A stretch of DNA of 26,343 bases from an uncultured Anaerolineaceae bacterium (GTDB lineage Bacteria; Chloroflexota; Anaerolineae; Anaerolineales; E44-bin32): assembly GCA_964348265.1 (NCBI GenBank), contig CAYGCA010000022.1:2504-28846 (forward strand), read 5' to 3'. Below the pieces are notes generated by a model, which saw only the letters and a list, made by a program, of their open reading frames with translations, did no database searches and was not told the DNA's origin. The position numbers and the translations under genes were made by a program. This document shows, piece by piece, positions 17,006 through 25,130 of the stretch. The number at the start of each line of letters is the position of its first letter. The first letter of the stretch is position 1.

Positions 17006-18848
17006 CGGCCCGGCTCATCAAATCCACCAGTCGCTCTTTGAGTTCTCGTCTTCTTTGATGATAGCTGTGCTCCTGCAACTGGCCAGCTTCAAAGGCATCG
17101 TCCAGAGAGGCGATCTGGCGCAGCAGCTCATCTTGCCCGTCAGAGAGAGTTCGGCCGGAGACAAGCCCACGGCTGTCCCCCGAGGTGCGGTTCCGCCAGG
17201 GGCCAAACCACCAGCCAACTACGGCCAGGGCTAGGGCGAGGCTCATGGCACTGGCAATCCCGACCCAGGGTCCGTCCACATTGGCCTGGCTGGAACTCCT
17301 GGGCCGGCCGGTGAGAGTAAACACCAGCGCCTCTCCAGCGGAACGCGAACCCAAGGCATAATTCCGGAGCTTCACACCAGCAGTTTCCTGCATCCCCTTG
17401 TCTTCAAACTCGGCGCCCCGCACCCTCGGCCCACCTTCGGGGATGAGAAGCGTCACGGCACTCACCGGGTAGTCAAGCGGCTGGCGGAACTCGAGCTGGC
17501 GGTCATAGGGCAGCTCGAGGCTGAAAACCATTTGAGCGCTGCCCCGACCTGGTCGAAGAGGGGCAAGATCGCCAAATCCGCGGGACGTCGATTGGTATCG
17601 GCCTCCCAGCCCACCCTCCTCAAAGCGCAGATTCTTCCACCCCTGAGGAAGAGCGATCTCCAAGGAAGGCGTTTCGCCGCCTGCGATCAGCGTTCGGTCG
17701 CCCAGATTCGAGAGCAGCCACAGTTCGATCACCTGAACCACACCCTCCCCAGAGAAGTCCAGCAGGACATGGAGTTGATCAACGTGTACAAGTCTTGTAT
17801 CGGTCGTGCTCTCATAGATCATGACCGGCAACTCGAGCAGCTGGCCGTTGTCCTGCAGGTGGACAGGCTCGGAGGCGTAGCGCACCCCTCCGTGCTCTGT
17901 GCTGAGCAAGTAGAGGCGACTTGGGGCTACCTCCAGCTCCGGGAAGGTTGCGGAACCAGCCTCATCCGGAGTGGCGGTCCCTACAACGACCTCGCGGCCA
18001 CCTTCAAAAGCATGCAGCGTGATTTCCAGGTCTTCTGGGATTTCGGCGCCGTCTGTGCCATTGATGACGCTGGCTATGATGGCGCCAGTTGTACTAGACT
18101 CGACGGCCTCGGCCGCTACTGGTTCTTCAGGTGGGGCCAGGTCCGGCTCTTGCAGTGGAGCTGCAAAGGCTAAGTTCTGAACAAAACTCGCCAAAGCCCA
18201 GCGATCGTCCTCGCTGAGGGCCCTGGAAGAGGCATGCGCGTCCGGTTCGACCTCTTCGACCAGCAGGACAACCGTATCCTCTAAAGCGTGCTGGGCCATC
18301 CCGGCTGGATCGCCCAGATTTGGCCCTGCGTCCGCCGCGACGCCGCTGGAAGCATGACAAGCCGCGCACTCTCCCTCAAAGAGCTCTCGGCCGCGTTCCA
18401 ACTCAGCCTGCGTAGTGCTCAGGGTCAAGGCGTAGGCAACCACATCCCAGCGCTCGCCAACGGACAGACTGGCGAAGCCAGGCATGAAGCTTTCAATCTT
18501 GCCCTGGGCCACCATTGCGTACCACTCGGCAGGTTTCGACCGCCGAGCCAGTTGAGGGTCTCCAAGCGCTGTAGGTGGGTTTGGCAGGTTTCTCGCCTGG
18601 GGACCATCGCCCTGACCCGTCTCCCCGTGGCAGGCGGCGCACTTCTCAGCGTAGATGGATGCTCCAGCAACTGGGTCTGGGGAGACTGGAGGCAAGTCAA
18701 GCCTAGGGGGTCCTGGAGTAGAGGTGGGACTGATCGGCTCGAGGGCCTGAGCAGTGGCCAATTCCGGAGGGGGCGTCACATCGCCCGCCAAGCCACAGCC
18801 CCCTAGAACGACTGCCAGCAGCGATAGGATCCCGGCGACACGTCTCAC
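16998..18848 (-). CDS. Putative diheme c-type cytochrome lipoprotein with beta-sandwich middle domains, C-terminal TM helix and CcmI-like tail, about 616 aa
   Basis: GTG 18848 overlaps the upstream stop (GTGA). Lipobox-like LAVVLGG/C; CAACH at 18627-18641 and CAACH at 18354-18368; TM segment VGIASAMSLALALAVVGWWF; tail LLRQIASLDDAFEAGQLQEHSYHQRRRELK. Confidence 0.85.
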   Translation of the reverse strand: MRRVAGILSLLAVVLGGCGLAGDVTPPPELATAQALEPISPTSTPGPPRLDLPPVSPDPVAGASIYAEKCAACHGETGQGDGPQARNLPNPPTALGDPQLARRSKPAEWYAMVAQGKIESFMPGFASLSVGERWDVVAYALTLSTTQAELERGRELFEGECAACHASSGVAADAGPNLGDPAGMAQHALEDTVVLLVEEVEPDAHASSRALSEDDRWALASFVQNLAFAAPLQEPDLAPPEEPVAAEAVESSTTGAIIASVINGTDGAEIPEDLEITLHAFEGGREVVVGTATPDEAGSATFPELEVAPSRLYLLSTEHGGVRYASEPVHLQDNGQLLELPVMIYESTTDTRLVHVDQLHVLLDFSGEGVVQVIELWLLSNLGDRTLIAGGETPSLEIALPQGWKNLRFEEGGLGGRYQSTSRGFGDLAPLRPGRGSAQMVFSLELPYDRQLEFRQPLDYPVSAVTLLIPEGGPRVRGAEFEDKGMQETAGVKLRNYALGSRSAGEALVFTLTGRPRSSSQANVDGPWVGIASAMSLALALAVVGWWFGPWRNRTSGDSRGLVSGRTLSDGQDELLRQIASLDDAFEAGQLQEHSYHQRRRELKERLVDLMSRADD

Positions 18849-19342
18849 GCCCGAGTCTCCGGCTCGACCTGAACCGGAGCGCCGCAGCGGCTGCAGAAAT
18901 TGTCGTCTGCAAGCACTGGCTCGCCGCATTGGGCGCAGAACCCGACTCTCTCCGCCGCACGCTCCCGTAGCCGCGCCACTGCGGCTTCGATCTCGGTTTC
19001 CAATCCCTTCACCGAAGTCCTGGCTTGGTCGCGGACTGCAGCTTCGACTGGCGCCGCCTCGGAGTAATCCAAATCATCGATCTCTTTGAGAATTGACGCG
19101 CCTTGGGACACCAGCGCTGCACGTTGGGTTTCATAATCCTGGCTCGGGTTCTTACCCAGGGCGTGATCCAGGTCCATCTCCTGAACGGCGGCCAAGATCC
19201 GCTCGCGCTCGGCTTCCAGGGCCGAATAGCGCCGCTCCGCCTGGCTCAAGACCAGCCCTTCATCCCGGACGAGAGGGCGAACGATATAGCCCACCACCAG
19301 GATCGTGAGCGCCGTAACAACAAGTATCGATGCGATATCCAT
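18845..19342 (-). CDS. Membrane-anchored zinc-ribbon protein
   Basis: N-terminal TM helix, coiled coil, and C-terminal FCAQCG...FCSRCG. Confidence 0.85.
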   Translation of the reverse strand: MDIASILVVTALTILVVGYIVRPLVRDEGLVLSQAERRYSALEAERERILAAVQEMDLDHALGKNPSQDYETQRAALVSQGASILKEIDDLDYSEAAPVEAAVRDQARTSVKGLETEIEAAVARLRERAAERVGFCAQCGEPVLADDNFCSRCGAPVQVEPETRA

Positions 19343-19475
19343 ACCTAGGCTCCAGCGGGGACCGGCGCCGCCGATGTCTCAGGCAAACAACTGGATCTTG
19401 TCCATCGCCTTCGAGGTCACCCTCTACCACTCGGACGGCCGCGTTTGAGCGCCCCCTGGAATTCCTGGACGCCAA

Positions 19476-20075
19476 TCATGGGTTCAGCGCCCCCTCGACT
19501 ACGGCGACGATTTCATCCAGTGACACAAACGGACCAATCTTCACGTGGCTCAGCCGACCGTCCAGCCCAATAACATATGTCTCGGGCACGCCTCGGATCC
19601 GGAAGGCCTGAGAAATGCGCGTGCGCAGATCGGGCCCGTTCGGATAGGTAATCGCGAACCTGGTGAGATACGCCTTGGCCTCGCGTTCCGTGTCGACGTA
19701 GTTGACCCCCAGGAAAACGACATTGCGAGACTTGAACCGCTGGTATGCCTGCTCCAACTCAGCCGCTTCCTGCTCACATGGCTTGCACCACGATGCCCAG
19801 AAATTCACGACCACCACCTGTCCTCGCAAATCGGCGACGTTGATCTTTTCCCCTTCAAAGGTAGTTAGCGTGAACTCCGGTGCGTCGGAACCCACTGCTA
19901 CCGGTCCCTGCTGAGTACGGATCAAACCCAATCCCAGTACTGCTAAAAGGCCGAGGACCAACGTCCAGACCGCGATCGTGCCTAGGCCAGCTCGACGAGA
20001 CGTGGCTGCTCCGTCCAAGCCACCACTTTCAAGACGCGAGACTTCTCTTGACCCAACCGAAGATTCGTTCGTCAT
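19476..20075 (-). CDS. TlpA/CcmG-like thiol-disulfide oxidoreductase
   Basis: N-terminal TM helix, NFWASWCKPC (CxxC) and RGVPETYVI; embedded in the ccm cluster. Confidence 0.9.
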   Translation of the reverse strand: MTNESSVGSREVSRLESGGLDGAATSRRAGLGTIAVWTLVLGLLAVLGLGLIRTQQGPVAVGSDAPEFTLTTFEGEKINVADLRGQVVVVNFWASWCKPCEQEAAELEQAYQRFKSRNVVFLGVNYVDTEREAKAYLTRFAITYPNGPDLRTRISQAFRIRGVPETYVIGLDGRLSHVKIGPFVSLDEIVAVVEGALNP

Positions 20076-20083
20076 TATTCCAT

Positions 20084-20112
20084 CTCTTAATCCTGGTAGC
20101 TAGCGAAGTCAA
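20084..20112 (-). promoter_or_regulatory. Possible internal sigma70-type promoter (TTGACT-N17-TAAGAG) before the tlpA-like gene
   Basis: Near-consensus -35 with exact 17-nt spacing, but the -10 lacks its terminal T. Confidence 0.25.
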
Positions 20113-20132
20113 GCCCGACAGGTGAGCAGAAG

Positions 20133-20627
20133 CTAATCCCGTCTGCGGAGCTCCTCCTCAAGTCTTACCACATAGGGATCATCGTCGGCGATCGGGGACG
20201 CCGAAGGTAGCGAAGCCTCCGCTGGCACACGCCAGCTTCGAAAGCCTCGGAACAGCAGGAAAGCGCCCACCAGGAAAGCCACCGGAGGCAAGACGTACAC
20301 GAACCAGTTGAAGCCGGTCGGTGGAGGGGCGGCTAGCACTCGGTCCCCGTATTGATCAACAAAGTACTGTTTGATCTGCTCCTCACCCCAGCCAGCCGCC
20401 AGCTTCTCACGAATCGTATCTCGCCACTGGATACAGGCTTGAGTCGGACAGACATCTAGGGGGACATTCTCGCAGACCGGGCAGTAGAGCTGCTTGGCGA
20501 TCGCATTGACCTGGTCGTCAGTCGGTGGAACGGGGTCTTCCTGCGCCCCTGCGGGCGCCATCCACAAGGCTGCCAGGGCGACCACTAAAGTTGCGATTGG
20601 GAGCCAAAGGAGCCCAATTGAACGCAT
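20133..20627 (-). CDS. ccmH: Cytochrome c biogenesis protein CcmH/CycL
   Basis: Signal peptide, LYCPVC (LRCxxC-type motif), I..YFVDQYGDRVLAAPP and a following TM helix. Confidence 0.9.
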   Translation of the reverse strand: MRSIGLLWLPIATLVVALAALWMAPAGAQEDPVPPTDDQVNAIAKQLYCPVCENVPLDVCPTQACIQWRDTIREKLAAGWGEEQIKQYFVDQYGDRVLAAPPPTGFNWFVYVLPPVAFLVGAFLLFRGFRSWRVPAEASLPSASPIADDDPYVVRLEEELRRRD

Positions 20628-20638
20628 TCCACTTCCCT

Positions 20639-22696
20639 CTAGACCCGAGCTGCGGCAGCCCGTTTCACGAGGGCGCGTCTGCGCGCCTCGACCGGGTCTT
20701 TGTCAGGCCAAGCGGCAACCAGCGTACCCAGGATAAAGACAAAGCCACCCATCCAGACAAAGTTCACGAGAGGATTGCGATAAACCTTGAAGGTAGCGCC
20801 TTCCTGTGCAATCGACTCCCAGCCGACCAACAGCACGTAGAAGTCATCTTGAATTGACGAGTGCACGCCCGGTATGGTCATCGGCTGCTGTGACAAATAG
20901 TAGAAATCGCGGCGAGGATAGAGTTCACCTAGGTAACGCCCTCCCCGATACACCGAGACGACCGCGCGGGCGACATTGCGATTATCCTGGGTGTCAAACT
21001 GGGCCAGCGACTCGTAGATCATGGTATAGCCACCCAGGCTGAGTTGCTGGCCGCGCGCCAAGGTACCCTGAGTTTCTGTCTGAAAGAGCTCGATCCCGAT
21101 AATTCCGATCGCCATCAGCACCACGCCCAGATGGATGACGTAGCCGCCGTATCGACGCCGGTTACGCTGGGCAAGAAACCACAGGGCCAGAGGCAGAATT
21201 TCGCCATGCCTGCGCTGCCGCGCCCTGGCGGCGCGCCAGAACTCGTAGAGCGTCACCAGAGCAACCAATGCCGCCAACCAGTAGCCAAGAAGAGCCATCG
21301 GCTGCCGGAGCCCTTGCAGGACCAGCCCGGCCAGCACGATCCCCGAACCCACCAAAGGCTTCCAAATCCCACGCCCTAGGCTGCGGATCGTCGTGCGGCC
21401 GTAGACGGACAGCGGCGCAACTCCCATGAGCACGAGCAAACCAGCCCACAAGGGTCCGGTGGCCTTCTCGTAAAAGACGGGCCCTACGGTTACTTTCTGC
21501 CCGGTGACCAGTTCTGAGAGGAGCGGGAAGATTACTCCCCAAAAGCAGACGACCAGGATTCCCATGAATAGCAAGTTGTTCAGTAGGAAGAAGGCCTCGC
21601 GCGATAGCAGCGAGTTCATCTGGGTCTCACCCCTCAGATCTTCCCAGCGACGGCCCAACAGAGCCACCGAAGTGACAAAGGTGATCCCGATGAAGGCAAA
21701 GAACATAGGACCAATAGCCGACTGGGCGAAGGCGTGGACCGAGGAGAGCACACCTGAACGAGTGAGAAAGGTACCGAAGATTACGAGCGCATAGGTCAGG
21801 ATGATGAGCACCATGTTCCAGTGCTTGAGTATGCCCCGCTTCTCCTGGATCATCACCGAGTGGAGGAAGGCCGTACCTGTGAGCCAGGGCATGAAGGCGG
21901 CGATCTCTACGGGGTCCCAACCCCAGTAGCCGCCCCAACCGAGCACGTCATAAGCCCAGCGGCCTCCAAGTATCAGGCCCAGCGAAAGGAAGAGCCAAGC
22001 GATCAGCGACCACCGCCGAGTGATGCGAATCCAGCGATCGTCGGAACGGCCGGTCACCAGTGAAGCCACCGCAAAGGCATAAGGAATGACAAAAGAAACG
22101 AACCCAAGGTATAGCATCGGCGGATGAATGATCATTCCTGGATGCCGAAGCAAGGGGTTAAGCCCCTGGCCATCCGTCGGCACAAGCGGCAAGGCTCCCC
22201 GCGGCTGAAACATGGCGCCTGCCTGTTGGCCATCCATCGTCTGCCAAAGACGTGCGAATGGATTCTCGAAGAAGATCACCAGCGCCACGAAGAAAGCTAG
22301 AGTGACCATCGTCACCAAGATCACCCAGGGCAGCAACTCCCGATCCCGGGTCCAATTACGCAGGCCAACCGCTGTGATGAAGGCCGCCAAGAGCCAGGAC
22401 CAGAAAACCAACGACCCCGGCTGCCCTCCCCAGAGCGCGGTCACTTTGAGATAAGGAGGCATGGCGTTACTGGTCACCGAAGCTACGTATTCATACTCGT
22501 AGCGCCCACTGACCAGCAAGAGAACGATCGCCAGCGCGCTTACCGTTACCAGCGGCCAGGTGATAAGCATGGCGTGCCGGGCGCTCTCGACCAGAGCCGA
22601 TCGGCGGCGCAGGCTCCCGTACGCTGCCGCGGCTGAGGCGTACAGGGCTATGAGGAATGTGAGCACAAGAGAGAAATATCCGACGTTTGCGATCAA
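20639..22696 (-). CDS. ccmF: Cytochrome c heme lyase subunit CcmF
   Basis: WGGQPGSL, LNPLL.HP, HPP, WGGYWGWDPVE, FLHS, RSGVLSSVHAF and YGGYVIHLG. TTG 22696 after GGGAG is preferred over the track start at 22729. Confidence 0.95.
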   Translation of the reverse strand: MIANVGYFSLVLTFLIALYASAAAAYGSLRRRSALVESARHAMLITWPLVTVSALAIVLLLVSGRYEYEYVASVTSNAMPPYLKVTALWGGQPGSLVFWSWLLAAFITAVGLRNWTRDRELLPWVILVTMVTLAFFVALVIFFENPFARLWQTMDGQQAGAMFQPRGALPLVPTDGQGLNPLLRHPGMIIHPPMLYLGFVSFVIPYAFAVASLVTGRSDDRWIRITRRWSLIAWLFLSLGLILGGRWAYDVLGWGGYWGWDPVEIAAFMPWLTGTAFLHSVMIQEKRGILKHWNMVLIILTYALVIFGTFLTRSGVLSSVHAFAQSAIGPMFFAFIGITFVTSVALLGRRWEDLRGETQMNSLLSREAFFLLNNLLFMGILVVCFWGVIFPLLSELVTGQKVTVGPVFYEKATGPLWAGLLVLMGVAPLSVYGRTTIRSLGRGIWKPLVGSGIVLAGLVLQGLRQPMALLGYWLAALVALVTLYEFWRAARARQRRHGEILPLALWFLAQRNRRRYGGYVIHLGVVLMAIGIIGIELFQTETQGTLARGQQLSLGGYTMIYESLAQFDTQDNRNVARAVVSVYRGGRYLGELYPRRDFYYLSQQPMTIPGVHSSIQDDFYVLLVGWESIAQEGATFKVYRNPLVNFVWMGGFVFILGTLVAAWPDKDPVEARRRALVKRAAAARV

Positions 22697-22832
22697 ATCA
22701 GGTAACTCCCAACCATTTTCATGTCCCAAACCTAGCTATGAACAACGAGGCTATGTGGCCGCTTCGTGAAAGCGCAGCCAGACCCCATCTGATCTACCAT
22801 GAGCAATGGGTGCCCTCCCCCTAGATCCCCCG

Positions 22833-23348
22833 TTAGGATGACTGGAGCGGAACGTCCTCCTCATAGCGAGTTGGGCACTTCAGAAGCAGCTCATCGGCAT
22901 AGAACACGCCATCTTCGCCCAGGCGGCCAGTCATGATGGCCTGGGCCTCATGACGCAGCAGATCCGGCTTGGGCCCCACATAGACGACCTCCAGCCGTCT
23001 GGCGGTCGGGTCGGCAAGCGCCTCGTGTAGGGCCTTTGCCAGGCCGCCCGCGCGCTCAACCTCATCCAGGTCTGCGGGCACGTTGACGACGGTGAACTTC
23101 AGAGTGAGCGACTGAGTATCGTACTCGACCGAGTCGCCATCAACTGCTCCGGAAATTCGCAGATCACGATCCTGGAACTCTTCTCCCTTGGCAGCGAGCT
23201 CATCAATCGTCATGTAGTACTGGGCGGCCGCTTGCGTTGAGGTAACAATCAAATACACAACAGCTGCTACGATGAGCAACCCGCCGATAAAGAACTTCGT
23301 ACGACCGACATTGCCTTCGCCCGAATCACCAAACGCGGAATCATTCAT
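22833..23348 (-). CDS. ccmE: Heme chaperone CcmE, CxxxY (Cys) variant, with internal insertion
   Basis: N-terminal TM helix, YYMT, LRISGAV, KPDLL, G.LGEDGVFYADELLLKCPTRY. GAGG precedes ATG 23348. Confidence 0.92.
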   Translation of the reverse strand: MNDSAFGDSGEGNVGRTKFFIGGLLIVAAVVYLIVTSTQAAAQYYMTIDELAAKGEEFQDRDLRISGAVDGDSVEYDTQSLTLKFTVVNVPADLDEVERAGGLAKALHEALADPTARRLEVVYVGPKPDLLRHEAQAIMTGRLGEDGVFYADELLLKCPTRYEEDVPLQSS

Positions 23349-23729
23349 CCTCAAGCCCTCCCTGAGAATCTTGAAAACCAGACGGATTTTATCACCTTTG
23401 GCCCAGGCCTCCCGTTGACGAATGTCACTCGGGAGGCCAACAATCGGCATGCGTGCACGATTTCACAGACCCTCACTCCTCATTCTTCTATAGATGTATT
23501 AAGGAAAAATGAGATTGAGACTATAAACAGATAAGAACCGGGATGCTCTGAAACCATCTCGATTCAGGTAAGAATTGCTGGGAGCCAGTCACATGAGTCA
23601 GGGTAGGCCAATCCTGTTCGATCTCTCACTCAGACCAGGAGTGCAGTAGCCTTGCCTGAGCTCCAAGGCGGAGACGCTTTTTCAGAGCACACTCTTGGGG
23701 ATATACTCTCCCTAGCAGGAGGATCAACC

Positions 23730-25130
23730 ATGGAAGAGGTCATCTTCTCCCCTAGGGGAGCACAAGCTCACAGTCGAACTCTCGATTTAGTGCGCCTCGC
23801 GGCGGCCGCAGTCGCCGTCGTGTCATTTACGGTTGTTCTGGGCACGCTGCTTCTCACCGGAAAAGTGACCCCGATCCTGGGGGTTGGTTCCCTGGTCTTC
23901 CTGAACGTACTGTCTGCTTTCGCATTCGTGTTTGGACCCTTTCGGTCGGGACGAGACGGCCATCCATTAGGCGAGGAGATTGCCTCAAAGGCCCAAGCAT
24001 GGATGGAGATGGGAGACCCGGCCCTCATCTTTGACAGCCGGGGAGCAGTTCAATTCGGTAATCTGGCCTTTCAAGCCCTGCAGGATTCGCCCTCAAAGAA
24101 GGGTCATCTTCTCGATCTCGTCGAATTCCTCGGCGGCCCCGGCTCTCAGGTCGAGGTGCGTTGGCTCCTCCAGAATGTCGCTCGACATGGCTCGGCGCGC
24201 GGCTTTGAGGCCTCTGTCAGGGCGCCTGGGGATGGAGCGCTCATACTTGAGGGAAGCGCCAGTCAATTGAAAGGAGAGGGAGAGCCGCGGTATGTCCTTG
24301 TATGGAGGGATGTCACCGAACGCTCCGGGCGGGAGAGATCCCTTGCGCAGGTTTTGAAAGATGTCAATGCCCGTTTCACCAGCCAGACCAGTGAACTGGC
24401 GAACAAAGTTGACGAACTTGCGCAGGCCAACAAGGAGCTGCAAGAGCTCGATCAAATGCGTTCAGATTTAATCTCCTTGGTGTCTCACCAGATTAGAGCC
24501 CCGCTCACCAATATGCTCGGTGCAGTGGAGGGAATGCAGGCCGGCTGTCCTTCGCCGACAAGCGTCTGCCGACGCATGTTTGTGGTGTTGCGAGATCAGA
24601 CAGCGCGGCTTAATCGCCTGGTTCGGGACGTATTGAGCGTGGCGAAGCTCGAATCGGGTGACCTGGCGCTTCAAATCGAGCCGCTCTCGCTGATTCCGGT
24701 TTTGAGACAGGCTGTGGACGAGGTCGGGGCGCGTGGTGCCAGGAGCTTTCATATGCCCTACGCCCCGATACTTCCCCTGGTCATGGCGGACAAAGACCGT
24801 CTGACGGATGTCCTTGTCAACTTGCTTGACAACGCCGACAAGTACTCGCCTGAAGGCAGCGAGGTTCGGATCGAGGTGAGACCGACCGAGACAGAGGTGA
24901 TCGTCTCGGTCATCGACTCCGGTCCAGGTTTGACAGATGATGATCTGTCAAGGGTGTTCGACAAGTATTACCGGGCCGAGACGGGCGATGCCCAGCGGGC
25001 CTACGGCTACGGTTTGGGACTGTATGTCTGCCATCGTCTCATTGAGGCACAGAGAGGTCGCATCTGGGCGAGGAGGCGCCCCGAAGGCGGAGCAAGCTTT
25101 TCGTTTTCACTGCCGGTTTCCGAATCATGA
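23730..25130 (+). CDS. Sensor histidine kinase (two TM helices, PAS-like, HisKA, HATPase), 466 aa
   Basis: AGGAGG precedes ATG 23730. H-box VSHQIRAPL, N-box LVNLLDNADKYS, G1 DSGPG, F and G2 GYGLGL. Confidence 0.93.
   Translation: MEEVIFSPRGAQAHSRTLDLVRLAAAAVAVVSFTVVLGTLLLTGKVTPILGVGSLVFLNVLSAFAFVFGPFRSGRDGHPLGEEIASKAQAWMEMGDPALIFDSRGAVQFGNLAFQALQDSPSKKGHLLDLVEFLGGPGSQVEVRWLLQNVARHGSARGFEASVRAPGDGALILEGSASQLKGEGEPRYVLVWRDVTERSGRERSLAQVLKDVNARFTSQTSELANKVDELAQANKELQELDQMRSDLISLVSHQIRAPLTNMLGAVEGMQAGCPSPTSVCRRMFVVLRDQTARLNRLVRDVLSVAKLESGDLALQIEPLSLIPVLRQAVDEVGARGARSFHMPYAPILPLVMADKDRLTDVLVNLLDNADKYSPEGSEVRIEVRPTETEVIVSVIDSGPGLTDDDLSRVFDKYYRAETGDAQRAYGYGLGLYVCHRLIEAQRGRIWARRRPEGGASFSFSLPVSES

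Noticed and set aside
19343-19479. 20-aa ORF coupled to the tlpA stop by an ATGA overlap (MIGVQEFQGALKRGRPSGRG)
   Set aside because: Very short with no motif or hydrophobic segment; cannot be distinguished from chance.
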